Shown in pieces: positions 35,239-44,908 of a stretch of 64,000 nt of DNA (position 1 is the stretch's first letter; each line of letters begins with the position of its first letter). The DNA comes from an uncultured Thermoplasmata archaeon (GTDB taxonomy: Archaea; Thermoplasmatota; DTKX01; GCA-020343715). The translations under genes and the position numbers were made by a program. The stretch is taken from contig CBDUQW010000004.1 of the NCBI GenBank assembly GCA_965369625.1, forward strand, positions 5,391 to 69,390. Reading direction: 5' to 3'. The notes below the pieces were generated by a model, which saw only the letters and a list, made by a program, of their open reading frames with translations, was not told where the DNA came from and did no database searches.

Positions 35239-36018
35239 TCACACGTAGGCGTCGCAATCGTAGCAGTAGTGCCGGTTGTACTCCTCGATCCACTCGGTCG
35301 GCTTGCCACAGCTGGGGCACATCGGGGTCGTTGGGGGAGCCGCGGGCTCGGGCTCCACGGGCATCGCTGGCTCGGCGTACTCCTCCTCGAGGAGGCTCTC
35401 GCCGGTGCCGGCCTGGTAGGACCCCTCGCCCCCGCCGTACTGCGCCTGGGCGTAGTCGTCGGTATAGAGCCCCGCCTGCTCGGTGTAACCGGTCGCGTAC
35501 GCATCCCGTCCGCCGCCTACCGCTACTGGCGCTGGCGCCGGACCGGGCATGGGCCTGCGGGCCTGGGTCACGTCCTCGAGCAGCAGGCCGAACAGGTCGA
35601 ACCTGTCGTCCTTGTACATCAGCCACGCGAATGTCAGCAGGAGGCCGCAGATGAAGAGACCGGGTGAGGGCAGCCAGCCGATGATGGCGATGGGGAGCAG
35701 GATCTTCCTGAGGTAGTGCCTGTTGTCCTCCGCCACGGCAGGTATCGCGCGGAAGAACAGGATGAGGCCGCTCAGCACACCAAGGACACCGGTCACGGTG
35801 AAGAAGGTGCCCCAGATGACGTAGCTCCGCACCGCCTCCTTGGTCCAGTAGCCTGAGTCGGTGTAGTCCCCGTCATAGTGCTCCAACCACCAGAGGTACT
35901 TGTAGAGGTTGGCGGCCCCCAGGTAGACTGCGATGATCCCAAAGATGATCAGGAGTAGGGCCGATATCAGTATCAGCCTCTTGGCATAGATTTTCCTCTT
36001 CGCATCGGATACGGCGAT
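35239..36018 (-). CDS. Membrane protein with C-terminal zinc ribbon; start codon uncertain
   Basis: 3-4 TM helices, a low-complexity linker and CPSCGKPTEWIEEYNRHYCYDC. The ORF is open to 36123; the best SD-spaced start is ATC 36018. Confidence 0.72.
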   Translation of the reverse strand: MAVSDAKRKIYAKRLILISALLLIIFGIIAVYLGAANLYKYLWWLEHYDGDYTDSGYWTKEAVRSYVIWGTFFTVTGVLGVLSGLILFFRAIPAVAEDNRHYLRKILLPIAIIGWLPSPGLFICGLLLTFAWLMYKDDRFDLFGLLLEDVTQARRPMPGPAPAPVAVGGGRDAYATGYTEQAGLYTDDYAQAQYGGGEGSYQAGTGESLLEEEYAEPAMPVEPEPAAPPTTPMCPSCGKPTEWIEEYNRHYCYDCDAYV

Positions 36019-36161
36019 GGTACCATCCTCCGGCAGGCCCGCCTTCCTATCTCCCCGGGCATGCCCAGACGTATCGTGAAAACGTGGGTTCTCCTGCTGG
36101 GCGGTAGGAAAATGCGCGCGCACTACAAAAATTTATCTATACCGTTGACGTACGATTCGCC

Positions 36162-37109
36162 GTGGTTAGGACAAGTTCACCTGGCAAGGTCATCCTTTTC
36201 GGCGAGCACGCCGTGGTGTATGGCGAGCCCGCCATGGCCCTAGCGGTGACGCGGCGCTTCAACATGCGCGTCGAGCCCCGCGAGGGGGGCAAGGGCCACC
36301 TGGTCGACGGCCACCGGATGACCGAGGCCCACCATTCGTACTTCAAGTACGCCGTGGACAACCACTGGGAGGGCGGGCCCCTCGACATCAGGACCCGCTC
36401 CGAGATCCCCTCGTCGTCAGGCATGGGCTCCTCTGCGGCCCTCACCACGTCGCTCATGGGAGCCCTGGTCGAGCTCTCCGACGGTTGCATCGAGGATGAG
36501 AGGGAGCGCATCGCCAGGCAGTCCTTCGACACCGAGTACAGCGTCCAGGGACGGGCCTCCCCCACCGACACCTCCACCGCCACCATGGGCATGGGCATCC
36601 TCCTGGCCAAGGAGCCGATGGATGGATTGCTCTGGCACGTGGAACGTGGCGGGGCAGAGTGGTACATCCACAGGGTGGCGGTCCCCCAGCTCAACATCGT
36701 CGTGGGCTTCACCGGCATCAAGGGCAACACCGGCGAGCTGGTGGCCAAGGTGCGCAGGTTCTGGGAAGGCAACAACTTCGCCAAGGAGACGGTGACCGAG
36801 ATCGGAGCCCTCACCATGGAGGGCGTGGAGGCCCTCTCCTCGGGCGACGTGGAGCGGCTCGGAGCCCTCATGGACCGCAACCACCAGCTGCTCACCATAC
36901 TGGGCGTGAACCACCCCAAGCTGCAGCGCCTCGTGGACGCTGCCAGGCCCCACAGCTACGGTGCGAAGATGACGGGCGCGGGCGGGGGTGGGAGCATGAT
37001 AGCCATCACCGAGGAGCCCGAGCGGGTGGCGAGGGCCATCGAGGACGCTGGCGGCATGCCCATCATCGCCGAGATCGGCGCACCGGGCGTCCGCAAGGAC
37101 GGGGATTGA
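36162..37109 (+). CDS. mvk: Mevalonate kinase
   Basis: PGKVILFGEHAVVYG, PSSSGMGSSAA and KMTGAGGGG GHMP motifs. Confidence 0.95.
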   Translation: MVRTSSPGKVILFGEHAVVYGEPAMALAVTRRFNMRVEPREGGKGHLVDGHRMTEAHHSYFKYAVDNHWEGGPLDIRTRSEIPSSSGMGSSAALTTSLMGALVELSDGCIEDERERIARQSFDTEYSVQGRASPTDTSTATMGMGILLAKEPMDGLLWHVERGGAEWYIHRVAVPQLNIVVGFTGIKGNTGELVAKVRRFWEGNNFAKETVTEIGALTMEGVEALSSGDVERLGALMDRNHQLLTILGVNHPKLQRLVDAARPHSYGAKMTGAGGGGSMIAITEEPERVARAIEDAGGMPIIAEIGAPGVRKDGD

Positions 37110-37183
37110 GCGGCGTTCCCACCCTTCTTGGCATTGGGAATCGTGGAAGAAACCTTAAGAACGCCCAGGAGGTAGCCTGGAAC

Positions 37184-37969
37184 GTGTCCACCGACCCCCC
37201 CGAGGCCGTGATAGAGATAGTTCGACTTGGGAAGAGCTTCGGCAGGGTCCAGGCCCTCAAGGACGTCGACCTGACCATCCGGCGAGGGGAGTTCCTCGGG
37301 TTCTTCGGTCCGAACGGGGCCGGGAAGACTACGCTGCTCAGGGTGCTGACGGGCCAGCTGGAGCCAGGTTCTGGCTCGGCCAGGGTCATGGGGATCGACC
37401 TTCCCGAGGGCGCTGTCGAGGTGCGCGCCCAGGTGGGCGTGGTGCCCGAGTTCGAGTCGCCCCCCTCCTTCCTGACCGGCGACGAGTACCTGAGGTTCGT
37501 GCTCCGGGCCAGGGGCATCGATGAGGACAACGGACGGGTCGACCGTTGGATCGGGTTCTTCGAGCTGGAGAGCCACCGCCACACCCTCTGCAAGGACATG
37601 TCCAAGGGCATGCGCCAGAAGATCATGCTGGGCGCGGCCTTCATCCACGAGCCAGAGCTCCTGTTCCTGGACGAGCCCTTCATCAACCTGGACCCCCTGT
37701 TCCAGAAGAAGGTCCAGGACTACCTGAGTAGCTACGTGGCCGAGGGCGGGACCGTCTTCATGTGCTCCCACCTGCTGGAGATCGCCGAGCGCCTGTGCTC
37801 GCGCCTCGCCATCATCAACGATGGCGAGCTGATAGGCGTCGGCACCCTTCAGCAACTGCAGAGGGAGGGGGAGGCCGGGCTGGCCGAGGTCTTCTTCCGC
37901 ATGGTGGGCCGCCAGGTCGCCGAGGTTGACAAGGAGGTCCCGGCGTCCACCGTCGCAGAGGGGGGATGA
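37184..37969 (+). CDS. ABC transporter ATP-binding protein
   Basis: GPNGAGKTT, MSKGMRQK, LDEP and H-loop; GTG 37184 after SD GGAGG. Confidence 0.93.
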   Translation: MSTDPPEAVIEIVRLGKSFGRVQALKDVDLTIRRGEFLGFFGPNGAGKTTLLRVLTGQLEPGSGSARVMGIDLPEGAVEVRAQVGVVPEFESPPSFLTGDEYLRFVLRARGIDEDNGRVDRWIGFFELESHRHTLCKDMSKGMRQKIMLGAAFIHEPELLFLDEPFINLDPLFQKKVQDYLSSYVAEGGTVFMCSHLLEIAERLCSRLAIINDGELIGVGTLQQLQREGEAGLAEVFFRMVGRQVAEVDKEVPASTVAEGG

Positions 37970-39408
37970 GCCTGTTCTGGCTCCTTCGGGCGATGTTCAA
38001 GGAGGAGTTCCGCCTCCAGAGCTCGTACTCCAGCCGCATCTCCACCATGACCTTCCCCGCGCTGCTGGCCGCGATGGCCTTCATCTTGGCCGTGTCCCTT
38101 CCGCTGCTCCAGGACGAGATGTCCACGGACCAGCTGCTCTTCGCCGTCCACTCGGCCCTCCTCCTGTACGGCCTCGCCGTTGGGGCGTTCTCCTTCCTGG
38201 GCCGGGAGATGATGGAGCGCAGGTGGGGCCATGCCAGCTTCCTGCTGTCGGCGCCCCAGACCCTGCCCATCAGCTTCAAGTACACCTTCCTCGTCTTCTT
38301 CCTCAAGGACCTGCTCTACTACATCTTCATGACGCTGCTGCCCCTCACGATAGGGCTACTGGCATCCATTCCCTTCACCGGGTTCCACGTGACGTCGGTG
38401 CTGCTGCTCTTCTTCACCATGAGCGCCACGTTCCTCTACGCCATCTCGTTCTCCTTCCTGATGTCCAGCGTCTACATGCGCTCCCGGACGGCCTTCACCG
38501 CCATGGCCGTCGGGGTGATAGCCGTCGTGGTGGCCTCGGGCATGCTGGAGCTGTTCGAGATGGGTCTCATCGTCCCGTCCATCGCCTTCCAGCTCACCGG
38601 GAACTGGTGGGCCCTGGCGGCAAGCCTCACGGCAAGCCTGGCCTTCTCGGCATGGGCCGTCCTGCTGGTGGAGGACCGCATGGAGTCTCCGGTGGTCCAG
38701 GTGGAGAGCCATTACGACGAGGTCGTGGTGTGGTTCAGGCGCTTCGGAAGGTTCCAGCCCTACCTGGCGAAGGAATGGATCGACCTCATCCGGAGCAGGA
38801 CGCTGACCAAGCTGACGTTCGCCTTCGTGCTGCCCCTGGTGGTCCTGACCGCCTTCGACTGGTTCCTGGGCACGACGGTCTCGGACCAGATCCAGTTCTC
38901 CACCATATTCTACGGTGGCATGGTGGGGTTCTTCGGGGTCCTCATCTACAGCTGGCTGAACAACATCGACTACGTCGAGTACTACAGCACCTTCCCGGTG
39001 CGGGTCCCCGACATCGTCAAGTCCAAGCTGATCATGTTCGTCATCCTCACCAGCTGGATATCCACATCCTTCCTGGTGGCCATGACGGCCATCAAGGGCG
39101 AGTGGAGCCGCCTCCCGATATCCCTGGTGGTGATGTTCTCCACCTCCATCTACATGGTGGTGGTGACGGCCTACCTCACGGGGCTGCGGACCAACGTGTA
39201 CCTCTTCGACACCAAGATCCTGTCCCGCTTCGCCATCCTGGCCATCATCCCGCTGATGGCCATCACCTTCCTTGCCATGGCGGAGGACGCCCTGGGCTGG
39301 AGGATGATCGTGGCCATCGCCGTGGTCTGCATGGTCCTTGCCACCGTGACGCGCATCCTGCTCACTCGCATCGACACCAAGTGGGGCAACGAGACGTTCA
39401 CTGTTTGA
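37966..39408 (+). CDS. ABC exporter permease (~12 TM, two-fold internal repeat)
   Basis: ATGA-coupled to the ATPase; KEEFRLQ / KEWIDLIRS half-repeats; highly hydrophobic. Confidence 0.82.
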   Translation: MSLFWLLRAMFKEEFRLQSSYSSRISTMTFPALLAAMAFILAVSLPLLQDEMSTDQLLFAVHSALLLYGLAVGAFSFLGREMMERRWGHASFLLSAPQTLPISFKYTFLVFFLKDLLYYIFMTLLPLTIGLLASIPFTGFHVTSVLLLFFTMSATFLYAISFSFLMSSVYMRSRTAFTAMAVGVIAVVVASGMLELFEMGLIVPSIAFQLTGNWWALAASLTASLAFSAWAVLLVEDRMESPVVQVESHYDEVVVWFRRFGRFQPYLAKEWIDLIRSRTLTKLTFAFVLPLVVLTAFDWFLGTTVSDQIQFSTIFYGGMVGFFGVLIYSWLNNIDYVEYYSTFPVRVPDIVKSKLIMFVILTSWISTSFLVAMTAIKGEWSRLPISLVVMFSTSIYMVVVTAYLTGLRTNVYLFDTKILSRFAILAIIPLMAITFLAMAEDALGWRMIVAIAVVCMVLATVTRILLTRIDTKWGNETFTV

Positions 39409-39415
39409 ACGGATA

Positions 39416-39940
39416 TCAGACCGTCAGCGGCGGGATGGTGAGTGTGCCTATCTGCTCTCCTGACTTCGATATCACGACCGTTCCGCCTTCGAACTCCTTG
39501 GAGATCCCCGTCACCTTGATGATGTGACCGGCATGCACGTGGGGATCGTGTGCCGGAGTGCAGATGTACCATACCTGGACATCCACCCAGCCATCGCTCC
39601 CATCGTCGTACGCAGCTGGGTCGTCGGGTTTGACCCGGGTATCGGGCTTGAGCACGTGTTCGTCCTCTGAGAGGATCCTGACACGGACCTCCACCCAGAG
39701 GATCTTCGCATCCTTTGGCTGAATCTTGGACAGCTCGACGGTAAGGTCCCAGTAGTCCTCTCCATTGATGAACTTGGCCTTCGACACGGGATTTCTGAGC
39801 TCGACCTCGGTCAGTTCCTCCTCCGAGGTCATTGGTGGAGACCAGAACCCGACGGCCCAAACCAGGGCTATCGCTACAAAGATGACGATGGGTACTGAGA
39901 TCGCCCATATCCATCTCTCATCCTTGGTGTCTTGGCTCAT
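39416..39940 (-). CDS. Hypothetical membrane-anchored protein
   Basis: N-terminal TM followed by a beta-rich domain; lower GC than the flanks. Confidence 0.65.
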   Translation of the reverse strand: MSQDTKDERWIWAISVPIVIFVAIALVWAVGFWSPPMTSEEELTEVELRNPVSKAKFINGEDYWDLTVELSKIQPKDAKILWVEVRVRILSEDEHVLKPDTRVKPDDPAAYDDGSDGWVDVQVWYICTPAHDPHVHAGHIIKVTGISKEFEGGTVVISKSGEQIGTLTIPPLTV

Positions 39941-40021
39941 CCCCACACCCTAAGGCGTTGGCCTGCTACACCTATCCACCGGGTCATTAATTATATCTTC
40001 TCCAATGGCCATCGACTGGCC

Positions 40022-40630
40022 ATGGAGCCTGGCGTCCGCCGCATCGTCAACTGGTGGGGCACCTTCGTCCTGGGCCTGGGGCTCGTCACCGTCGGCGTCG
40101 CGGGCTACCTCTGGGTGGTGGAGGAGCTGGAGTGGTACCGGACCGAGGTGTCCCCGGCCAACGAGGTCCAGTCCAAGGACCTGGGCGAGTACGTCAGGGT
40201 CGATGGGGTCGTCGCCCTCAACGCCTCCAGGGACATCATCATCACCCAAGAGGAGGTCGAGAGGGGCGTCTGGACGACACTCGAGTACGAGTACCACGTG
40301 GACTGGGTCTGGGTGGAGGACGATGACGGTGGCGTCGTCCTGGTGCTCTTCGACCACGTGAGGTTGACCAAGCCGGGGCGCCACGGTGGCGACTACCACA
40401 AGGGCGACCGGGTGTGCATCGGGGGCACGGTGGGCACCGAGAGCGGTGTGCCCATCAAGCGCGTCAGGGCCGACTTCACGGCCAAGCACCCCGAGGACTC
40501 CAACGCTCGGTACGTGGATATCTTCTACGCGTCGGCCTTCGTCGGCATGATGCTCATCCTGGTCTTCGTGCTGGCCCGCTTCCTCCTGAACCCCCGGAAG
40601 GCCGAGGCGCCCGACTGGCGGGGGACGTGA
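40022..40630 (+). CDS. Hypothetical two-TM protein with OB-fold-like extracellular domain
   Basis: TM-[YVRVDGVV...GDRVCIGGTV]-TM; TATA 31 nt upstream. Confidence 0.72.
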   Translation: MEPGVRRIVNWWGTFVLGLGLVTVGVAGYLWVVEELEWYRTEVSPANEVQSKDLGEYVRVDGVVALNASRDIIITQEEVERGVWTTLEYEYHVDWVWVEDDDGGVVLVLFDHVRLTKPGRHGGDYHKGDRVCIGGTVGTESGVPIKRVRADFTAKHPEDSNARYVDIFYASAFVGMMLILVFVLARFLLNPRKAEAPDWRGT

Positions 40631-40634
40631 CCCC

Positions 40635-41174
40635 ATGGGACCCGATGACAGGGCCTGGCAGGGGAAGAGGACCCCCAACATGAGGATCGCCTACGTCGTC
40701 CTCTTCATCGGGGCGTGCCTGGTGGCCGTCGCCGTCTACCGCTGGACCACGGGCACCGAGTTCAACTGGTTCTTCCTCTTGATCTTCCTGTTGTTCCTCT
40801 TCATCTACCTCTTCCTCGTCCTCGCCACGGCCTACGAGGTCACGGTGGCGCTGGTGGGCGAAGAGCTCCAGGTCACCGTGGTCGAGTACGTGGCCAGCAG
40901 GAGGATGAAGGAGAGGTTGGATTCCGTTCCCCGATGGAGGATGGCGAAGCTCAGGGAGATAACCATGGGCGAGCTGGCCCACACCATCAAGATAGAGGAT
41001 GCGGGCGGGAAGACCCTCGCGACCTTCCCCAGGTTCCTACCCCTGGGCGAGCACGACGCCATGATCCAGGCGATCATCGAGTGGGGCAATCAGCCCCCGT
41101 CATCCTCTTCCTCATCCACGTCCCCACCCTCGTCCAGCGGAGACGATGAGGGATCCCTGGCCGAGGCTAGGTAG
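40635..41174 (+). CDS. Hypothetical membrane protein
   Basis: Two TM helices plus a soluble beta domain; 3' end overlaps tsr3 convergently. Confidence 0.68.
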   Translation: MGPDDRAWQGKRTPNMRIAYVVLFIGACLVAVAVYRWTTGTEFNWFFLLIFLLFLFIYLFLVLATAYEVTVALVGEELQVTVVEYVASRRMKERLDSVPRWRMAKLREITMGELAHTIKIEDAGGKTLATFPRFLPLGEHDAMIQAIIEWGNQPPSSSSSSTSPPSSSGDDEGSLAEAR

Positions 41175-41734
41175 GCATTCTGGATGGCCACGACCTCGCC
41201 GCTGTCGGCGGCCGCCTCGTACTCCTCCAGGGGCTCTGCGTTCAGCTGCATGAAGGTGGTGCCCCAGTTGGTCGCGGCCGCCAGGCGGTGGGCGTGGGAG
41301 GTGTCGCCGAGGATGGCGAGGGCGGCCGCCGCCGCCTCCAGGCTGGACAGCCTGTAGGGCTTGCCGTAGTTGATGGGGTTGGCGGCGAGGAGGAAGGGGA
41401 GGCCTCTGGAGGTCAGGCGGGCGAGGCGCTTGGCGTTCTTGAAGGTGCCCTCGGCATGGGCCCAGCTGCAGTCGAGTACGACCACCCCCCTGGCCCTGGC
41501 CTGCCCCGCGTCGGCGGGGGACAGGGCCCTCTTCGCGAAGGGGTCGAGGAGTATCGCCCTCTTGGGAAGGCGCCCCAGCCGGTCGACGGTCTCGACGAGG
41601 CCGAACTTGGCCAATCGACGCGCGGAGCACTTCTTGGGGTCGCACTGCCCTGCTTCGAACACGAACACCCGCACGGACTCGCCTTCCTCGAGGGTGTCCG
41701 TTCCGGGGTGGCCTCCCGGGAACCAGCTGGTCAT
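41090..41734 (-). CDS. tsr3: 16S rRNA aminocarboxypropyltransferase Tsr3 (DUF367)
   Basis: QCDPKKCSARRL, LDCSW and LPFLLAANPINYGKPYRLSSLEA; forms the C-terminal part of ORF 41090..42922. Confidence 0.93.
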   Translation of the reverse strand: MTSWFPGGHPGTDTLEEGESVRVFVFEAGQCDPKKCSARRLAKFGLVETVDRLGRLPKRAILLDPFAKRALSPADAGQARARGVVVLDCSWAHAEGTFKNAKRLARLTSRGLPFLLAANPINYGKPYRLSSLEAAAAALAILGDTSHAHRLAAATNWGTTFMQLNAEPLEEYEAAADSGEVVAIQNAYLASARDPSSSPLDEGGDVDEEEDDGG

Positions 41735-41742
41735 GGGGGCCC

Positions 41743-42939
41743 TCACAGGAGGTCCTCGAACTCCTTCATGATCTCGGGGTACCTCTCCTGGACCATGCGA
41801 AGGATGTCCGCGGTGGTGATGCGCTCGATCTCGTAGCCCTGGAGCGCATCGATGACCTTGTTGAGGGTGTCGTCGGACATCTCGAGGAGCTTCTCCTTGG
41901 CGATGTAGTTGCGGAACAGCTGGTCCTCGATCTTGGCCCGCCAGCCCTTCTCGTACCTCTGGAAGAACTCCTTGCTGAAGTCCCCGGCCTCGTGGGCCTC
42001 CTTCGCCACCTGGGCGGCCACCTGGCCGGCGATGCAGGCGTTGGCCACGCCTCCGCCTGTCAGGGGGTCGACCGTCCTGGCGGCGTCGCCCACCAGCATG
42101 AGGCCGTCGGTGGTGACCGATTCGAGGGGCATGCCCACAGACACCGCACCGGCCACCGTCTCCACGTTCTGGCCCTTGGCGAGCCTGGGCTGGCCCGCGA
42201 TGAAGTTGTCCAGGTACCTCCTGACCTCGCCCCCCTCCTTTATCCTGCCCAGGTTGATGCCGATGCCAACGTTGGCAGAGTCCTCCGACTTGTTGAAGAT
42301 CCAGACGTAGCCTCCGGGCGCCATCGAGCCGATGTGGAACTCGTTGTAGAACCTGTCGATGTCGATGCCCACCAGCTCGTACTGGAGGCAGGTGTTCACA
42401 TCCTTTGGGAGGACCTTGGTGTCGATGCCTGCCCAGCGGCCCACCTGGCTCTCGAAGCCGTCGGCCCCGATGACCACGGGGGCGCGCAGCTCCATGTCCT
42501 TGCCCCACTGCTTGGCCTTGACGCCCACGACGGCGCCCGCCTCGTCCTTGATGACGTCGGTGGCGGAGCACTTGAGCATCGTCTTGGCGCCCGCGCGGAT
42601 GGCGTCCTCCGCCAGGGAGCGGTCGAAGATGTCCCGGTGGACCACGTAGCCCGTCTCGTTGCCCGCCATCTCCTCGGTCAGGTCGACGTACTGGCCGTTG
42701 GGGGCCACGATGCGTGCCCCGCTGACCTCCAGGGAGATCCATCTCTTGCTGGGCTCGATGCCCACCTCGTCGAGCCAGATCTTGGCGATGCCCTCGCCGC
42801 ACCGGACGGGGCTGCCTATCTCCTGGCGCTTCTCTATCATCAGGACGTCGAGGCCCGCCTTGGCGGCGTCCCTTGCGGTCATGCTTCCGCCGGGGCCCCC
42901 GCCCACGACGACCATGTCCCATTCCTGGACCTCGACCAT
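41743..42939 (-). CDS. Digeranylgeranylglycerophospholipid reductase (GGR)
   Basis: VVGGGPGG, EKRQEIGSPVRCGEG, PGGYVWIF and GDAA...PLTGGG. Confidence 0.92.
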   Translation of the reverse strand: MVEVQEWDMVVVGGGPGGSMTARDAAKAGLDVLMIEKRQEIGSPVRCGEGIAKIWLDEVGIEPSKRWISLEVSGARIVAPNGQYVDLTEEMAGNETGYVVHRDIFDRSLAEDAIRAGAKTMLKCSATDVIKDEAGAVVGVKAKQWGKDMELRAPVVIGADGFESQVGRWAGIDTKVLPKDVNTCLQYELVGIDIDRFYNEFHIGSMAPGGYVWIFNKSEDSANVGIGINLGRIKEGGEVRRYLDNFIAGQPRLAKGQNVETVAGAVSVGMPLESVTTDGLMLVGDAARTVDPLTGGGVANACIAGQVAAQVAKEAHEAGDFSKEFFQRYEKGWRAKIEDQLFRNYIAKEKLLEMSDDTLNKVIDALQGYEIERITTADILRMVQERYPEIMKEFEDLL

Positions 42940-42941
42940 GT

Positions 42942-43118
42942 TCAGGCCTCCGTCATCTCGAGGGCGCCAACGGGGCAGCACCTGGTGCAAAGCCCGCAGT
43001 CGATGCAGTCGTCGTTCGCGGTCACCCGGAACTCCTCGAGGAACATGGCGTTCACGGGACAGATGCCCACGCAGGCCCCACACCTCATGCAAATGCTCTG
43101 GTCGACGGTTATCGTCAT
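42942..43118 (-). CDS. 2x[4Fe-4S] ferredoxin
   Basis: CMRCGACVGICP and CIDCGLCTRCCP. Confidence 0.95.
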   Translation of the reverse strand: MTITVDQSICMRCGACVGICPVNAMFLEEFRVTANDDCIDCGLCTRCCPVGALEMTEA

Positions 43119-43160
43119 TCCACCCACCTCTCTAGATATCCCTCGGATACGTGAACCTCA

Positions 43161-44798
43161 TTACTTGGCGTACTTGTCCAGCGCGGTCGGTACCGACGCC
43201 ATGACCTCGTCGCTGACCAGCTTTCCGGTCCTGCGCCTCTCCTCCATGAGAGCCTCCTCGCGCTCACGGAACGAGTGGTACTCCTCGTTGCTCATCGCGT
43301 ACTTCTGCTCCACCTCGTCGCGGAACACGGGCCCGCTGTTGTAGGCACAGAAGGGTATGATGCGGCCGTCGGGGACGGCGTAGTGGATGACGCACCTCTT
43401 GACGCGCTCGATGTCGTAGTTGTACCGGTCCTGGAAGTGCATGCCGCCGATCATCATGCTGCGCCAGGCGAAGTTGGCCAGCGCCTTCTTGTCCCCCTCC
43501 TCGTAGAAGGCCGACAGCAGCTCGACCATGCCGATGCCGCCGGGGGACTTCTTCTTGTTGATGTACCTGCCCTCCCTGAGCTTGAACTTGAGGAGCTTGA
43601 CCTTGGCCACTGACTTGACCTTCGCGTGCTCGATGTCCACTGCCGCCTTCTCGATGTCCGCCAGCAGGAGAGGGACGTTCACGAACTCGTTGATGGGGAT
43701 CGGCGTGCCGTCCTCGTCGATGAATATGAAGGTGGCCAGCCCGCAGTGGGGATGGGAGGTGAAGGCCACCTTGGGGTCGTTCTGGAACACCGCCGCCAGC
43801 TCCGAGAAGACGGAGACGGATGGCACCGGGAAGAAGTGTTCCTCCTTCAGGAAGTCCGTCTGGTCGACCAGGCGGTGCACCATGTCTGCCAGGGTGAACC
43901 TCTTCTGGGCCAGTTCGGTCTTGTCGATGCGGCCGGTGAATGCCACCGGCTGGAAGTTGATGGCGTGGATCACATCGGCGTTGTCGATGGCGTACCGGAC
44001 GATGTCGCCCACGATGTCGTCGTTGACGGTGTTGATCAGGGTCGGCACCAGGCAGATGGACATGTTCGGCTGGGCCTCCTTCACGGATTCCACGGCACGT
44101 CGCTTGATGTCCACCATGGGCCTTCCACGGACCTCCTTGTACATCTCGTCGTCGAAACCGTCGAACTGCAGGTAGATGGTGTTGACCCCCGCGGTCACCA
44201 TCGACTGGGTGAAGCCCTCCTCCTGGGCCATCAGCACGCCGTTGGTGGCCACCTGGATCTGCGCGAAGCCCAGCTCCTTGGCGGCCTGGACCGCCTCGAG
44301 GAAGTAGGGGTACACCGTCGGCTCCCCGCCGGCGAACTGGACGGAGGGGGTGGGCACCGGGCTGTTCCTGCGGAGCACTGCCAGCATCTCCACCACCTCG
44401 TCGAAGGTCGGCTCCACGATGAAGCCGGAGGCGTTGGCGTTGGCGAAGCAGACGGGGCAACGGAGGTTGCACCTGTTGGTCAGGTCGACGTTGGCAAGGA
44501 CCGTGTGGGACTTGTGCATCTGGCACAGGCCGCAGTCCGTGGGGCACTCCGTCGCCTCGGGGTAGTAGGGGTTGTCCACACCGGTGCCGTCGTGGGCGTA
44601 CTCCTCCATCCTGAGGTAGAGGTCCACGTCGGAGAAGTAGACGTCCTCGAAGTAACCGTGCTCGGGACAGGTCTTCTCCATCATCACCTTGCCATCGCGC
44701 TCGACGATATTGGCATCGATGATGCTGGCGCATTCGGGACAGAGTGACTTGGTCACCTTGGGCAGGCCCTTCTGCAGCTCTGATTCTTTGATGATCAT
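43161..44798 (-). CDS. tes: Tetraether lipid synthase (radical SAM, MJ0619/Tes family)
   Basis: N-terminal CPEC...CPEHG, CPTDCGLC..HKSHT, TNRCNLRCPVCFANA, and C-terminal HFQDRYNYDIERVKRCVIHY...IPFCAYN. Confidence 0.9.
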   Translation of the reverse strand: MIIKESELQKGLPKVTKSLCPECASIIDANIVERDGKVMMEKTCPEHGYFEDVYFSDVDLYLRMEEYAHDGTGVDNPYYPEATECPTDCGLCQMHKSHTVLANVDLTNRCNLRCPVCFANANASGFIVEPTFDEVVEMLAVLRRNSPVPTPSVQFAGGEPTVYPYFLEAVQAAKELGFAQIQVATNGVLMAQEEGFTQSMVTAGVNTIYLQFDGFDDEMYKEVRGRPMVDIKRRAVESVKEAQPNMSICLVPTLINTVNDDIVGDIVRYAIDNADVIHAINFQPVAFTGRIDKTELAQKRFTLADMVHRLVDQTDFLKEEHFFPVPSVSVFSELAAVFQNDPKVAFTSHPHCGLATFIFIDEDGTPIPINEFVNVPLLLADIEKAAVDIEHAKVKSVAKVKLLKFKLREGRYINKKKSPGGIGMVELLSAFYEEGDKKALANFAWRSMMIGGMHFQDRYNYDIERVKRCVIHYAVPDGRIIPFCAYNSGPVFRDEVEQKYAMSNEEYHSFREREEALMEERRRTGKLVSDEVMASVPTALDKYAK

Positions 44799-44908
44799 GG
44801 TCCGAATCCCGCCTGAATCGAATAACCGGGGGTAAAATATAATACTTTTGTAGCATTAGCTACTACAGATCCTCACCTCGATGTATGAGGTGGACCGGAG
44901 GACCGGGG

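Noticed and set aside
41090..42922. 610-aa ORF suggesting a Tsr3 fusion
   Set aside because: The upstream part is an alternative frame of the GGR gene; only the last ~214 aa are Tsr3.
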